This document shows positions 39,263 to 50,219 of a stretch of 64,000 bases of DNA, in pieces. Source of the DNA: Seison nebaliae (Eukaryota); contig JALJEE010000556.1 in the NCBI GenBank assembly GCA_023231475.1, positions 1-64,000 of the forward strand, given 5' to 3'. Below the pieces are notes generated by a model. That model was not told where the DNA came from. It made no database searches and worked only from the letters and a program-made list of their open reading frames with translations. A program made the position numbers and the translations under genes. Within the stretch, counting starts at the first letter, position 1. Every line of letters begins with the position of its first letter.

Positions 39263-40466
39263 ATGGGAATGGACGTTAATTCAGCAAACTATCAAGTGAT
39301 GAACGAAAGCAGCGAAATGGAATCTGAGTCAGATATGTCGGTTAATACGACGATCGAAATGGCAGTTGAAAAAGATACGTCAACACCAATTCCAAATAAA
39401 TCGACTTCGTCACTTGACGATTCGGAGAATTCGGATGAAATGACAAAAACCGTTGTGCCAACTGTCAAGAAAGAAGAAAAGGAGGTTGAGCCAACAAAAA
39501 CCGTTAAATCCGTTGAAGCAAAAGTTTCTGATCTGGTCGGGGAATTGATCGATGAGGCAAAAGAGATTGAGAAGAAATCGATAGAGGAACAGAAAGAGAA
39601 ATCGAATGAAACAGAAACGAAAAAGGAAGAAAAAATTGAATCGAGTTCACTAGTAGTAGAAGAAATATCGGTGAATTCGAAAGAAGAAATGCCGGTCAAT
39701 TCAACAGTAGATGAAATTCCGTTGAATTTGAAAGAAGAAGAAATTCCGTTGGATTTGAAAGAAGAAATTCCGTTCAGTTCAAAAATCGAAAAAATTCCGT
39801 TGAATTTGAAAGAAGAAGAAATTCCGTTGAATTCGAAAGTAGAAGAAATTCCGGTTAACTCGAAAGTAGAAGAAATTCCGGTTAATTCGAAAGTAGAAGA
39901 AATTCCGTTGAATTCGAAAGTAGAAGAAATTCCGGTTAATTCGAAAGTAGAAGAAATTAATAGTTCCTATTTTCTTCACAAATTCACCGTTTCTTATAAA
40001 TTTTATCTGAACATTTTTCATTTCAGTGAAAATACTAAATCGTTTGGATGAGAATATTGCGGGGGAGAAAGAAGAAATTTTATTTCGAAATCGTGGTGAC
40101 GCTTCTATGAATGACATGTTGAATCATTTGTTGCTAATGCCAGAAATGAAGGAGGAGGAGGAGGAAGAAGAAGAATTCATCGAATCGGATTGGAGAGATG
40201 AAACTTTATTTGAAAGAATTTCGGCACTTGGCCTAATCTTCCCAAAACCAATCAGAAGATTGAATAATGCCATCACGCCCTATATTTTCTCCACGTTCGA
40301 AATGACGAAAGTCTATTCCGCCCTCCTCATTTGGGGCGTTGCTACTACATTCGCTATTGCGGCAGCTCCCGCCGTCTTCGAATACGAATATTTTAAGAAC
40401 GAGGAGCAACAAGAACTTCAATCGAAGCGGTTAATGTTGGGACCGGCAGCAGAAAATAAACAGTAG
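39263..40466 (+). CDS. TOMM22: TOM22 mitochondrial import receptor with long acidic, repetitive N-terminal extension (~379 aa)
   Basis: C-terminal DETLFERISALGLIFP...IWGVATTFAIAAAPAVFEYE...QQELQSKRLMLGP is the TOM22 signature. Intron 39963-40026 (GT-AG, phase 1) joins ORF 39197-40051 in frame; this junction is inferred. Confidence 0.8.
39657..39958 (+). repeat. 27-bp coding minisatellite (EEIPVNSKV), ~11 units
   Basis: Units resembling GAAGAAATTCCGGTTAATTCGAAAGTA, more homogeneous toward the 3' end. Confidence 0.9.
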
Positions 40467-40582
40467 AGGAAATCGTTTTAATCAGAATAATAAGGAAATT
40501 TCTCAATTTTTTTTTCATTTCATTACTCCTTCACTCATCTTCAATAGTTCTATATGGAAATTGTTAAGATAAAATAAATTGT

Positions 40583-40836
40583 TTAGAAAATCTTCAAACT
40601 CTTATTCCATTTCAATTTCATTTCATCGATATTCTTCTCCGTACATGTCGTCTGATTGGTACATGATAAAAGGACGATCATAACAAATGACTAACAATCT
40701 CTTCTATCGGTTTATTTAGATTGATGTCGTCGAATGTCCATTCGTTTGGCGATCGGCCTTTATTATTCTTGATCACCTCCGAGCACAAATAAATGACTGA
40801 GACACTAGCTCCCAATTTGATAATGGTACCGATCAT
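40583..40836 (-). CDS. Probable MICOS subunit MIC13/QIL1-like protein, 69 aa, 2 exons
   Basis: Exons 40836-40696 and 40651-40583 (44-bp intron GTTAGT..CAG) give MIGTIIKLGASVSVIYLCSEV...IDEMKLKWNKSLKIF, with an N-terminal hydrophobic helix and a WN motif as in MIC13. Confidence 0.45.
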
Positions 40837-42578
40837 TTTGAAAGTTAGATTCTTCTACAAATCTCGTTCAGCTTCCATTTTCAAACATTCATCATTCAAC
40901 CACTTCATATTATGAGAAATATGAGAACTGTTATTCGAATTTCATTGGTAATGAAGTGGCTCGGTTCAGGATTTATTTAATTCAAATTCAAGTAAACAAA
41001 TAATAAATGAAGTCAGGAAGGAGTTCTTTGACGACGATGGAAAGTAGTTATGAAGATACTGAAATGAGGGGAGGCGGAAGTATGAGACGGAAAGAAGTTG
41101 GATGATTAAATGATTAAAAATGGATCGGAGATGAGACGTAAATAGAGGAATAACGGAAGAGGTAAAAAATAGATAGAATATCTACAGTAAAAGAATAATT
41201 CCTCGAATGAAAGATAAAACTAAATTGGTATGAATTCGCTTCTTCGCTAGTAGGTTGATAATTACAGTATTTTGGTCTCTGCTTAAATACTTGAATTCTG
41301 GTCGTAAATCATTTATGGTCTGGCGAACGTAGCTTGTGAGTAGTTGTGGTTAGTTGGTAAGAATGTGTGGGTAAAGTTTAGGGAGAATGTATTGATAAGT
41401 AGTGATTATGTGCGAGGAGTTGATATTACGTTTAGAATAGTGTTGTTAAGTGAAAGTTCAAAGACTACTAAGCTTAAAAATTTTTAGAAATAGTTCGAAC
41501 TAAAGTCTCGGACTAAAAAGAACGAATTTACTGTTTCCATTTTAAGCATGTCTTACCAATCAAAAGTTTTCTGGGTTTTTAATTCTTAAAATTATGTCAA
41601 CTTTATTTAATAATGGTGAATGCCAAAATACCGCAATTTCATCCCAGGTGGCGGAGAGAGTAAGTATTTTATTGGTGAAAAGGTTGGTTGAAAAAATGCT
41701 TCAAAGTCATTCTATGAAGGTGAAAGTAATGCGAAAACGCTTAAATTATTAGGTATTCTGCTACTGAATAAACATATTCACGATCAATCGTGAACAATAT
41801 CTTCAATACAAATTAAAATGAATAAGGAACTGTTTGATGAATGTCAAAATATCAATTTAACAGTTGAGGCAAACTGTCATCATCGTCAATTAGATCAGAA
41901 TTATTGATCCACAATAACTCTAAATTGTAGAACATTCTTTTAGCTTTTCTATCCATAAGTTCATTTTAATATTCACGGTCGTTCAAATAAAATTTTTATT
42001 ATTGTTTTTATATTTTCTTAAGAACAATAAAAACTTAAATCATTATTTAATTTCCCAATTTTCCTTACTCTGATATAAGTATAACATGGATCATTGTGTC
42101 CTCACACTGACTATTCACCAGCACATAAAGTAGATAAAAATACACACCATTCTACGAAATATATTTTCAATCTTAAGCTTAAGGTATTAGTATACTAAAA
42201 TATTCTATTTTAAAAGACTACAATATAGACTACAATAGGTTCAATAGACTACAAATTATTAATTAAAGCCGTTCAACAAACTCAATTTTAGTCGTTTAAT
42301 TGATGATTTCAACGATACTTATTCTAACGTAATGGTAGAAGTTTGAATTCGAAAGGACTTTAGAATAAATTGAACTTGTGATTTTTAGTTTGTTTCAAAT
42401 TTAACATAATATTCAATATACATTTATAGAGCAGTAAATGTTTGGTGAGATCTGTTCTAGACGGTTTTTACACCATCGATTTGAATGAATATTAGAAACT
42501 TTCTAATTGAAGAGATATTTTTGAAGATAAATGAATATAAAAATGATCTGAATTATAAATTAGAGATTTGAATATGTA

Positions 42579-44010
42579 TTAAAGTAAATCAGGCGGTGGA
42601 ATTTCTTGGTCTTTAATCGTTGTACTTAATGTGCCCGTAGCATCAACAGTAGCTAAAGAGACCTGCTTACGATTCAAAGGAAGATCAGTTGATTTAAGCC
42701 TATCGGTGGATACTGTGGCTGTTTCGAAAGACTTGGTTCTAGTTCGATTAATTTTGATGGTATTGGCATAGAGTGCATCTAATGACGTGCCGTAACCATA
42801 ACTGTCACCAAGTGAACCTTCGAAGGCTGCATAACGTTTTTGACGACCGATCGCTACGAAATAAGAAGAACATAATAAAAAAGAAAAATAGTCCAACGCT
42901 TAAAAACCATTAATCCGATCAATGCCAGAATGAGGAAGACGAGAAGAGGAGATGTTCGAAAGAAAAGATTCCAACTATACTTCGAATCTCTTTCGATGTC
43001 GAACGGTTCTATATCTGTGAGAGGAATGTGTGAGGGTGTGTGTACAAAATGGATATGAATGATATATGATATAACGATGATAAGAGACATTCATGTACGT
43101 TCTTAAAATTTCTGTCAATATCTTTCCGAATCCGGCAAAATTCGTCTCCGTACATGTCAATGTAAATCCGTAATCGATGTTTATAATCTCATCGTCGTCA
43201 CTTGATCTAATCGTCGTCTGGTAAATGATGAGAGCTAACGTGTCATTATGATAACAACTATATAGTTGTAGAGCATGTGTTATAGCCGATGTCAACTAAA
43301 TGATGATGAACTCGAAAGAAAGGAAACGATAATTTCAACTAACAATGTTAGAGTTGGACATGTTATTAATTTTTCGAAATTCAATTGTACCATTTGTCAA
43401 TAAGAGAACTTCTTCCTTTCAATAAGTATGGTGCGATGTTGTTCTGGTGGAATGGAAATTATTAACTTTATGTTCATCACTCTTATTCGTATTTGGATAG
43501 TCCAATTGACGAACTGTGATGTTATCGGGTAACTTGAAATGACTTTGAATTGAAAAAAATGGATAAAGTACTCACGGATTTTTTTTGGCGTCTTTGTATC
43601 CTAAATCCATTAAAAATTATCATCTTAAAATTTATCGATAGTAACTTGAAAGTTATAGGAGAAAATCCTTTGATTTTTTTTCTGTTTCTCTTAGAAACAT
43701 CCTAAGAGAAATTTTGATGGTATTTTTATTATTTAAGTATATCAACCGCAAGTTTCATTCCTTCTTGTCTATGGGAGGAAGGTGGTAATCTCACGAATAT
43801 GACACAAGGTGAAATATGATATCGTTTAATCAAATCTCTAATGATTTCCATAACATTAACTGAAAGAGTCGAAAGAGAATATTGAAAAAGAATCAATCAC
43901 ATTTCTAACTACCATTCTTTGACTGAAATTGCACATAATTCCAGAAATTTCTAGTTAAGTCATCCTCAATATTAGTGTACGCGCATTTGGTGAATTGATT
44001 ATCTATCATC
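42579..44010 (-). CDS. Uncharacterised multi-exon single-pass membrane protein (5' end unresolved)
   Basis: A series of short exons joins in frame (HFKLPDNITVRQLDY..|EEVLLLTNGTIEF..|LTSAITHAL..), then a TM segment SPLLVFLILALIGLMVF and a cytoplasmic tail ending PPPDLL; several N-x-S/T sites. Confidence 0.55.
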
Positions 44011-45293
44011 TTCAGAATTCGAATAAAATGAACACAGGACAAAATGAATTAACTTCCGAATAACCAAAATATAAATAGTCTTCTTTCGCCTGAATATGTA
44101 ATCTGAATGAAATGAAATTGAGAAGTTGACAATTCGAATCCCAACTAACATGTGATGACAGGAATTGTATGAGGAAAATGGTATACTTCGGTTTTCAAAC
44201 ATCGTACAACGACTCGTATGATTATAAATGAAAAGTAAAGTTTTCACATCAATAAATTTCCCCAGCCTCATTCGGAATTGTATGAAAATTATTATGATTT
44301 TATATAAACTAATATTTTCTACAATTAGGAAAAAAGGAATCGATTATTTCTTCCAAAAAATTTCAAGATGATCATATGTATCAATTTTATCCAATTACGC
44401 AATAGAACTCGAAGTTTCTAATTAAAAAGCGAAATAACTTTTCATTTGGTGTCGAAGAATGTGATTGAATGGAAACAAAATAAGAAATTAAAAATGAAAA
44501 TGAAATTTAAATCGTTTCATCTAGAGAAAATCTCTTCTTTTAACGTTTAGGGTTTTCTTATGATTTTTTCAATTTTAAGAATTTTTAATTTACATCACTT
44601 AACCAAACCATAATATTGTTGAATTAAATGAGATGAAATTTTTAATTTACCTCTTCCAGAAAAATTAACAGATAATTCTAAAAAAATGAGAGTTTCCAGA
44701 AAGGTTATTTATGGAAGTTAAAATGAAAATAATGGTTCCATTTTGTAGTGGGGTTGAAATCCATAATTTAAAAATCATTTTTTCTCCACAGACTTTCGAT
44801 CGGATGACGAAAATAATCTTTTGGGTTGACGCTTTGATGAAGATGTGATTGAGATGATATGGTTGGATCCAAGTATTGAAGCAATTTCCCTCTAATTGAC
44901 GGTACTATTGGTCGATTATCGGCTGGTTTCCAATAGCGCGATATAAAATGAAAATATTACTTCCTGCAAAGCTTGTAGAAGTAATGTTATAACGATGAAT
45001 GACAATTGTCGTGACCGTCGGGACTAATGATACTATCGACTCTACAATATTATATTATGCTAGTATTAGTATATTACATATTATTGATATAAATGTTACG
45101 ATGAAGAGGATGGTTAAGAATAATTTCTACATATTTTTCTTCGTTAATTGATATATGGTTACGGGAAAAGAGAAAAATTATCTTTATTTAAAAACCAGAT
45201 TCTTAAATTTAAATATATTTCCACATAGAACATCTATGTATTATATCTGTATAATATATCTCAATGTGTATAAATAATATATATATATATTAT

Positions 45294-45458
45294 TGTAACG
45301 AGCAAAACGTTTTTTCGCTTGCTCGGCTTTACAAAAACAACAACATTAATATTTCTTCTTTTTATTTCTCTTTTCTATCTTTGACTTTCTGCCAATAATA
45401 AAGAGCTTTGTATCTTCGAAATGGACGAATTGAACTCCACGATTCACCCTTCCCAACA
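45294..45458 (+). repeat. 5' LTR (165 bp)
   Basis: TGTAACGAGC...CCCTTCCCAACA, repeated at 50056. Confidence 0.95.
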
Positions 45459-48400
45459 TGGCGACCACGATAAATTTATTAATAATAACGAAGATTTACA
45501 AGACAAATTCACAACGTTATTGGCAAAAATTAATCTGATGGAAGAAAAGTTAGAAGAACAAAGAAATACAATCGAAAAGTTAAAACAATCTCCAGTCGAA
45601 GAACTTCTCATCGACGAACTTACATCCGAAGAGAAGGCGATTTGGAACGAAGTAAACAGAATATTCGGTTTGGAAATAACATTATTACCGATCGATTGGT
45701 TCAAGGAAACCGAACTCGAAATGGAAGAAAAGAATTTCACGACATTTTTAGTCAAAACAGAAAAAATAACGTCATTGGGAATAGTGGCCATAAGAACAAA
45801 AGAAATCGTCACATGTGACAAAGTCAAGGACCAGCATAAAAGTAAATTACTGGAACGATTCCCGATGCATACAATAACGTCTATCGAATTGCCAAATTGG
45901 GATAACGATAATTTTTACATTATTGCAAAGATTGCCGAAATGTTCTTGCGTAAGTCCAAGAAACATAACTTTTGGTCAAAAAAAAAGAAACTCCAGAAGA
46001 ATTTCTTTGCTGAAGAAATTAACGAAATAATCGAAGATATCCAGCCAGAAGATATCGAAGCATTTCAATTATTGTCCGAGAAAAAAAGTTCAGAAATCAC
46101 AATTAAAACCAATAGCAAAGAACAGGATAGCTTACAAACTCGAACGGAAAAAGTCGAGACCGAAAACATTATTGTGGGACACATCAATCCACCAATTCGT
46201 CAAATTAACGAATCTTTCAGGAATTGGAAAGAAAAAATGGAACTTTACTTCACATCTAATCGTATCCCACAAAGAATGAGAAAGGATATCATTATTTCTT
46301 CTATAAATGAGGAAGAACGAAATAAAGTAGAAGTCGAACACTATCTAAATAATAACATCAATAGTTACGAAGATGTTATCTCATGTCTCACAAGCCAAAT
46401 GAAAAACCCGACAGTCGAATTTTACAATTGTGGGCGAGAAAAAATGCCAGTGGCATCGTATTTCACGAAGTTGAAACAACTAGCAGATTTAGCTTTTAGG
46501 CAAAAGTCAAATAAGGAAAAGAATCGATTAATACAACAACAATTCATCAAAGGAATAAATCATCGATCAACCAGTAAAAGATTTTTCGGTATGCAGAAAG
46601 ATGGAAGAGAAAAACTTTCTGAATTTTTAAGAATCGCGATCGAAGAGGAAGAAGAGGAAGTTTATCTAAACGACAAATATCGAATCGAGAAGGAATCATT
46701 CGAATCATCTATATCAACAATTACAAGAGAGAAGAAAAAATATTCAATTCCTAATTGTAAATTCTGCAAATGGAAGAAATGCAAAATTCATGACAGGTCA
46801 TGTAAATTTTGTTGGACTGGTCAATGTCGAAGACACACAACGATCCGTAACGGTGCCCTACGACCACACAACAAGAACCAACTTTGGAATCAATCAAACC
46901 AAAGAAACGACATTGGAGATGAATCCGATTTTTTAAAGAATAAACAAGAAAAAGACTCGTGTAATTTGATTTCCTTGAGAGAACGAAACAACTTACAGTT
47001 TGTGAATTGTAAAGTAAACGGATTAGAAGTTTCAGCACTCGTTGATAACGGAGCAGCAATATCGTTAATCCACCCGTCAATGATTCAAGTTGGTACAGAA
47101 AACGACAACGAAAGTATTACCATAAGAGGATACGACGGAAGCGCTCAAGCCACCGTTGGTACAGTGTCGGTTGTAATCGAGATAAACGACAGAATTATCG
47201 AAAACGTATTCCATATCGTCCCAAATCTTAGTCAAAAATGTATTATTGGGAATGACATATTGATTAAAGAGAAATTAATCATTTTTCCTTCACAGAAGCT
47301 ATTATTGTTTCAAGATGAAATAAACTCGATGGCGACAAATAACATTTTTCTAGGAGAAAAAGAAGAGGACGATGTTGTTTCACAATTGCAAGTTTCCAAC
47401 AAACACATACCTCATGACGAATTTTCGAAAATTAAAGTGGAATTTGAAAGAAGAAAATTAGTAGAATCGAAATCACCCATCACCAAGCATCGAATCATTA
47501 CTACAACGGAGGCACCAATCAGCATCAATCCCATCCGAATTCCATATCATCAACAAAAAATTATTACAGAACAATGCAACAACTTGTTAAAAGACGGAAT
47601 AATAAGAAAATCGAAAAGTCAATGGGCATTTAATCCGCTATTGATAAAGAAGAAAAACAATACGTTCCGTTTATGCATTGACTATGTGCCGTTAAACGCT
47701 ATCACGAAAAAAGATAAATTCCCTCTACCTCGAATTGACGATCTATTGTCATTAGTCAGTGGACACAATTTCTATTCTACGTTCGATCTGTATCAGAGCT
47801 TCCACCAAATCGATATGGCTGATGGCGATGCGGAAAAAACCGCATTTCGAACAACTAACGGTTTGTTTGAATACGTCAAAATGCCATTTGGGCTGATGAA
47901 CGCACCAATGACATTCCAACGCCACATGACCAATATTTTCGAAGACGAACCGAAAATATTAGTTTATTTGGACGACATAATCGTGATGAGCAATTCAATA
48001 GAACAACATTATCAACTGATCGCCAAAGTATTGGCCAAATTGTCGGTCAACAATCTAATCATTAATGTCGAGAAATGTATATTGAAAAGAAACACAATTT
48101 CTTTTCTCGGATTTGAAATATCAAAATCAGGAATAAAGCCATTGGCAAGTAAAATAAAGACACTAAAAGAGATTTCGAATCCTCGCTCAGTAAAAGAAGT
48201 GAGAGGCCTAATCGGATCCCTTAATGTCTATCGTCGTCATATCCCAAATTTTGCAGAAATGATACTACCGATTCAAAAACTGATAGGAAAATCAAAAAAG
48301 GTCGAATGGTCGGATATGGCAACAAAATCAAAAAATTTAATAATCGATAAAATCAGTGAACGTATTCTGCTAAATCAACCAAATTTCCAGTATCCGTTCA

Positions 48401-50046
48401 TCGTCACGACTGACGCATCTCGCCATTCAATTGCAGGAATATTATCCCAAATATCAATCGCCGAAGAAGAGAACATAGTAGAATGCTTCTCAAGAAGTCT
48501 ATCAAATAATGAAAGAAATTGGCACATAAACGAAAAAGAATCATTAGCCATAGTCGAATCAGTAAAAAAATTTAAATATTATTTGTTCGGCAGTCAGATA
48601 ACCATAAGAACCGATTCAAAACAAGCGATAGCGCTGTTAAGAAAAAGTGATGATAACTCGCGAAGAACGAGATGGAGAGAATATCTTTCAAATTACTGCA
48701 TAGAATACAATCACATCCAAGGAAGAAGGAATACTTTCGCCGATTTTTTATCAAGACAAAAAGATGTTGACGAAAACTCCATTTCAATATACTCCATCGA
48801 AGAAGAGTTCGACTGGAAAAAATTGCAACTAAATTGCAGCTGGATAAAAGAATTGAAAGAAGTAAAGGACGACCGTTATCAAATGAAAGATGGAATATTG
48901 TATCGGAAGCGGAAAGAATTCGAGGGGATGAATGTGACTACAGGTCCAGATCGAATAGTAGTCCCTAATGGAATCATCGAGAAACTAATTAACAAGATAC
49001 ATCAACATCAATTCTTCATCCACAGGGGAATGAACGCCATGAAGAACATCATTTGTTATCAATATTATCATCCAAAATCTCATGAAATCGTGAAAAAAAT
49101 AGCGAACGGTTGTGAGTTATGCAGAAGGAACAAGTTTACGAACAAAAAAATTAAGCAATTCTTTAAACAAAGAAATCCGTCATCATTATTCAACGAAATT
49201 CAATTAGACGTAAAGGGTCCGTTGGTGACGTCGAAGTCAAAGAACCGATTCATAATCGTAATCATCGAAACATTTTCTAAATTGGTTAAATTATATCCAG
49301 TGAATAACCACACATCTGAATCAATCCGAAAAGTGATCATCAATTTTATTTGTTCGTTTGGCGTTCCACGAAGAATAGTCACCGACGACGGTTCCGAAAT
49401 GAGTAGTAAGGCTACGAAACAGTTATGTCAAGAAATCGGCGTAATAAAATGCAAGTCTACCCCATATCACCATGAAACGATCGGAGTAGTAGAAAGAATG
49501 AACCGAACGATTGGAGAAGCGTTAAGAATAGCGACAACAGAAGAACAAGTAGATTGGGACGAACATCTCCCATACATCGAATTCTCTTTAAATTATACAC
49601 CTTCATCGTCTACAAAATTTTCTCCATTCGACATCATATTCAGATTGAGACCGAATCACCCATTAACATGTCTGAATAACAACAGATGCTGGATACAAAC
49701 TAACAAAATCATGAGCAAGGTAAAGCAGAATTTGTCCACGCGAAAATTACCATCGAGAAACGAAGTTACAACAGAACAACAAGAGATTATTAACGAGGGA
49801 GATTACGTAAGAATAATTCTGAATCAAACGAGCATCCAAAATGAGAAGTCAGCAAAACTCTCTCCAATATACAGTGAAAATTACGAAGTGATAAAAGTTT
49901 TCACAAATGGAAACATCCAGATCAAAGACGGATATGGAAACAAGAAATTAATCCATAGAGGGAATTGTATACGATCGGTTGAGGAAAATAGTAAAATCAA
50001 TCGTTATGGTAGAAAAATTAATCGAACGTACAACCGTTATGCTTGA
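45421..50046 (+). CDS. Gag-Pol polyprotein (1541 aa, single frame)
   Basis: Protease ALVDNGA; RT FRLCIDY, MPFGL, YLDD; RNase H TTDAS, EKE, ADFLSR; integrase HHCC plus DDE (LDVKGP, TDDG, VERMNRT). Confidence 0.96.
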   Translation: MDELNSTIHPSQHGDHDKFINNNEDLQDKFTTLLAKINLMEEKLEEQRNTIEKLKQSPVEELLIDELTSEEKAIWNEVNRIFGLEITLLPIDWFKETELEMEEKNFTTFLVKTEKITSLGIVAIRTKEIVTCDKVKDQHKSKLLERFPMHTITSIELPNWDNDNFYIIAKIAEMFLRKSKKHNFWSKKKKLQKNFFAEEINEIIEDIQPEDIEAFQLLSEKKSSEITIKTNSKEQDSLQTRTEKVETENIIVGHINPPIRQINESFRNWKEKMELYFTSNRIPQRMRKDIIISSINEEERNKVEVEHYLNNNINSYEDVISCLTSQMKNPTVEFYNCGREKMPVASYFTKLKQLADLAFRQKSNKEKNRLIQQQFIKGINHRSTSKRFFGMQKDGREKLSEFLRIAIEEEEEEVYLNDKYRIEKESFESSISTITREKKKYSIPNCKFCKWKKCKIHDRSCKFCWTGQCRRHTTIRNGALRPHNKNQLWNQSNQRNDIGDESDFLKNKQEKDSCNLISLRERNNLQFVNCKVNGLEVSALVDNGAAISLIHPSMIQVGTENDNESITIRGYDGSAQATVGTVSVVIEINDRIIENVFHIVPNLSQKCIIGNDILIKEKLIIFPSQKLLLFQDEINSMATNNIFLGEKEEDDVVSQLQVSNKHIPHDEFSKIKVEFERRKLVESKSPITKHRIITTTEAPISINPIRIPYHQQKIITEQCNNLLKDGIIRKSKSQWAFNPLLIKKKNNTFRLCIDYVPLNAITKKDKFPLPRIDDLLSLVSGHNFYSTFDLYQSFHQIDMADGDAEKTAFRTTNGLFEYVKMPFGLMNAPMTFQRHMTNIFEDEPKILVYLDDIIVMSNSIEQHYQLIAKVLAKLSVNNLIINVEKCILKRNTISFLGFEISKSGIKPLASKIKTLKEISNPRSVKEVRGLIGSLNVYRRHIPNFAEMILPIQKLIGKSKKVEWSDMATKSKNLIIDKISERILLNQPNFQYPFIVTTDASRHSIAGILSQISIAEEENIVECFSRSLSNNERNWHINEKESLAIVESVKKFKYYLFGSQITIRTDSKQAIALLRKSDDNSRRTRWREYLSNYCIEYNHIQGRRNTFADFLSRQKDVDENSISIYSIEEEFDWKKLQLNCSWIKELKEVKDDRYQMKDGILYRKRKEFEGMNVTTGPDRIVVPNGIIEKLINKIHQHQFFIHRGMNAMKNIICYQYYHPKSHEIVKKIANGCELCRRNKFTNKKIKQFFKQRNPSSLFNEIQLDVKGPLVTSKSKNRFIIVIIETFSKLVKLYPVNNHTSESIRKVIINFICSFGVPRRIVTDDGSEMSSKATKQLCQEIGVIKCKSTPYHHETIGVVERMNRTIGEALRIATTEEQVDWDEHLPYIEFSLNYTPSSSTKFSPFDIIFRLRPNHPLTCLNNNRCWIQTNKIMSKVKQNLSTRKLPSRNEVTTEQQEIINEGDYVRIILNQTSIQNEKSAKLSPIYSENYEVIKVFTNGNIQIKDGYGNKKLIHRGNCIRSVEENSKINRYGRKINRTYNRYA
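45459..45470 (+). promoter_or_regulatory. Primer binding site (probably tRNA-Arg)
   Basis: TGGCGACCACGA directly follows the 5' LTR; tRNA identity inferred from resemblance to tRNA-Arg(TCG) 3' ends. Confidence 0.7.
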
Positions 50047-50055
50047 GGAGGAAAG
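50045..50055 (+). promoter_or_regulatory. Polypurine tract
   Basis: GAGGAGGAAAG abuts the 3' LTR. Confidence 0.85.
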
Positions 50056-50219
50056 TGTAACGAGCAAAACGTTTTTCGCTTGCTCGGCTTTACAAAAACA
50101 ACAACATTAATATTTCTTCTTTTTATTTCTCTTTTCTATCTTTGACTTTCGGCCAATAATAAAGAGCTTTGTATCTTCGAAATGGACGAATTGAACTCCA
50201 CGATTCACCCTTCCCAACA
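50056..50219 (+). repeat. 3' LTR (164 bp)
   Basis: Near-identical copy of 45294-45458. Confidence 0.95.

Larger units (their letters stand above)
45294..50219 (+). mobile_element. Full-length Ty3/Gypsy LTR retrotransposon
   Basis: TG...CA LTRs at 45294-45458 and 50056-50219 differ by one substitution and one indel. PBS at 45459, PPT at 50045-50055, intact gag-pol in PR-RT-RH-IN order. Confidence 0.97.

Noticed and set aside
41230..41760. Strand-biased segment resembling a decayed retroelement
   Set aside because: No diagnostic motif found.
49700..50046. env gene or chromodomain in the Gypsy element
   Set aside because: The ORF ends at the PPT with no room for env, and no chromodomain pattern is evident.
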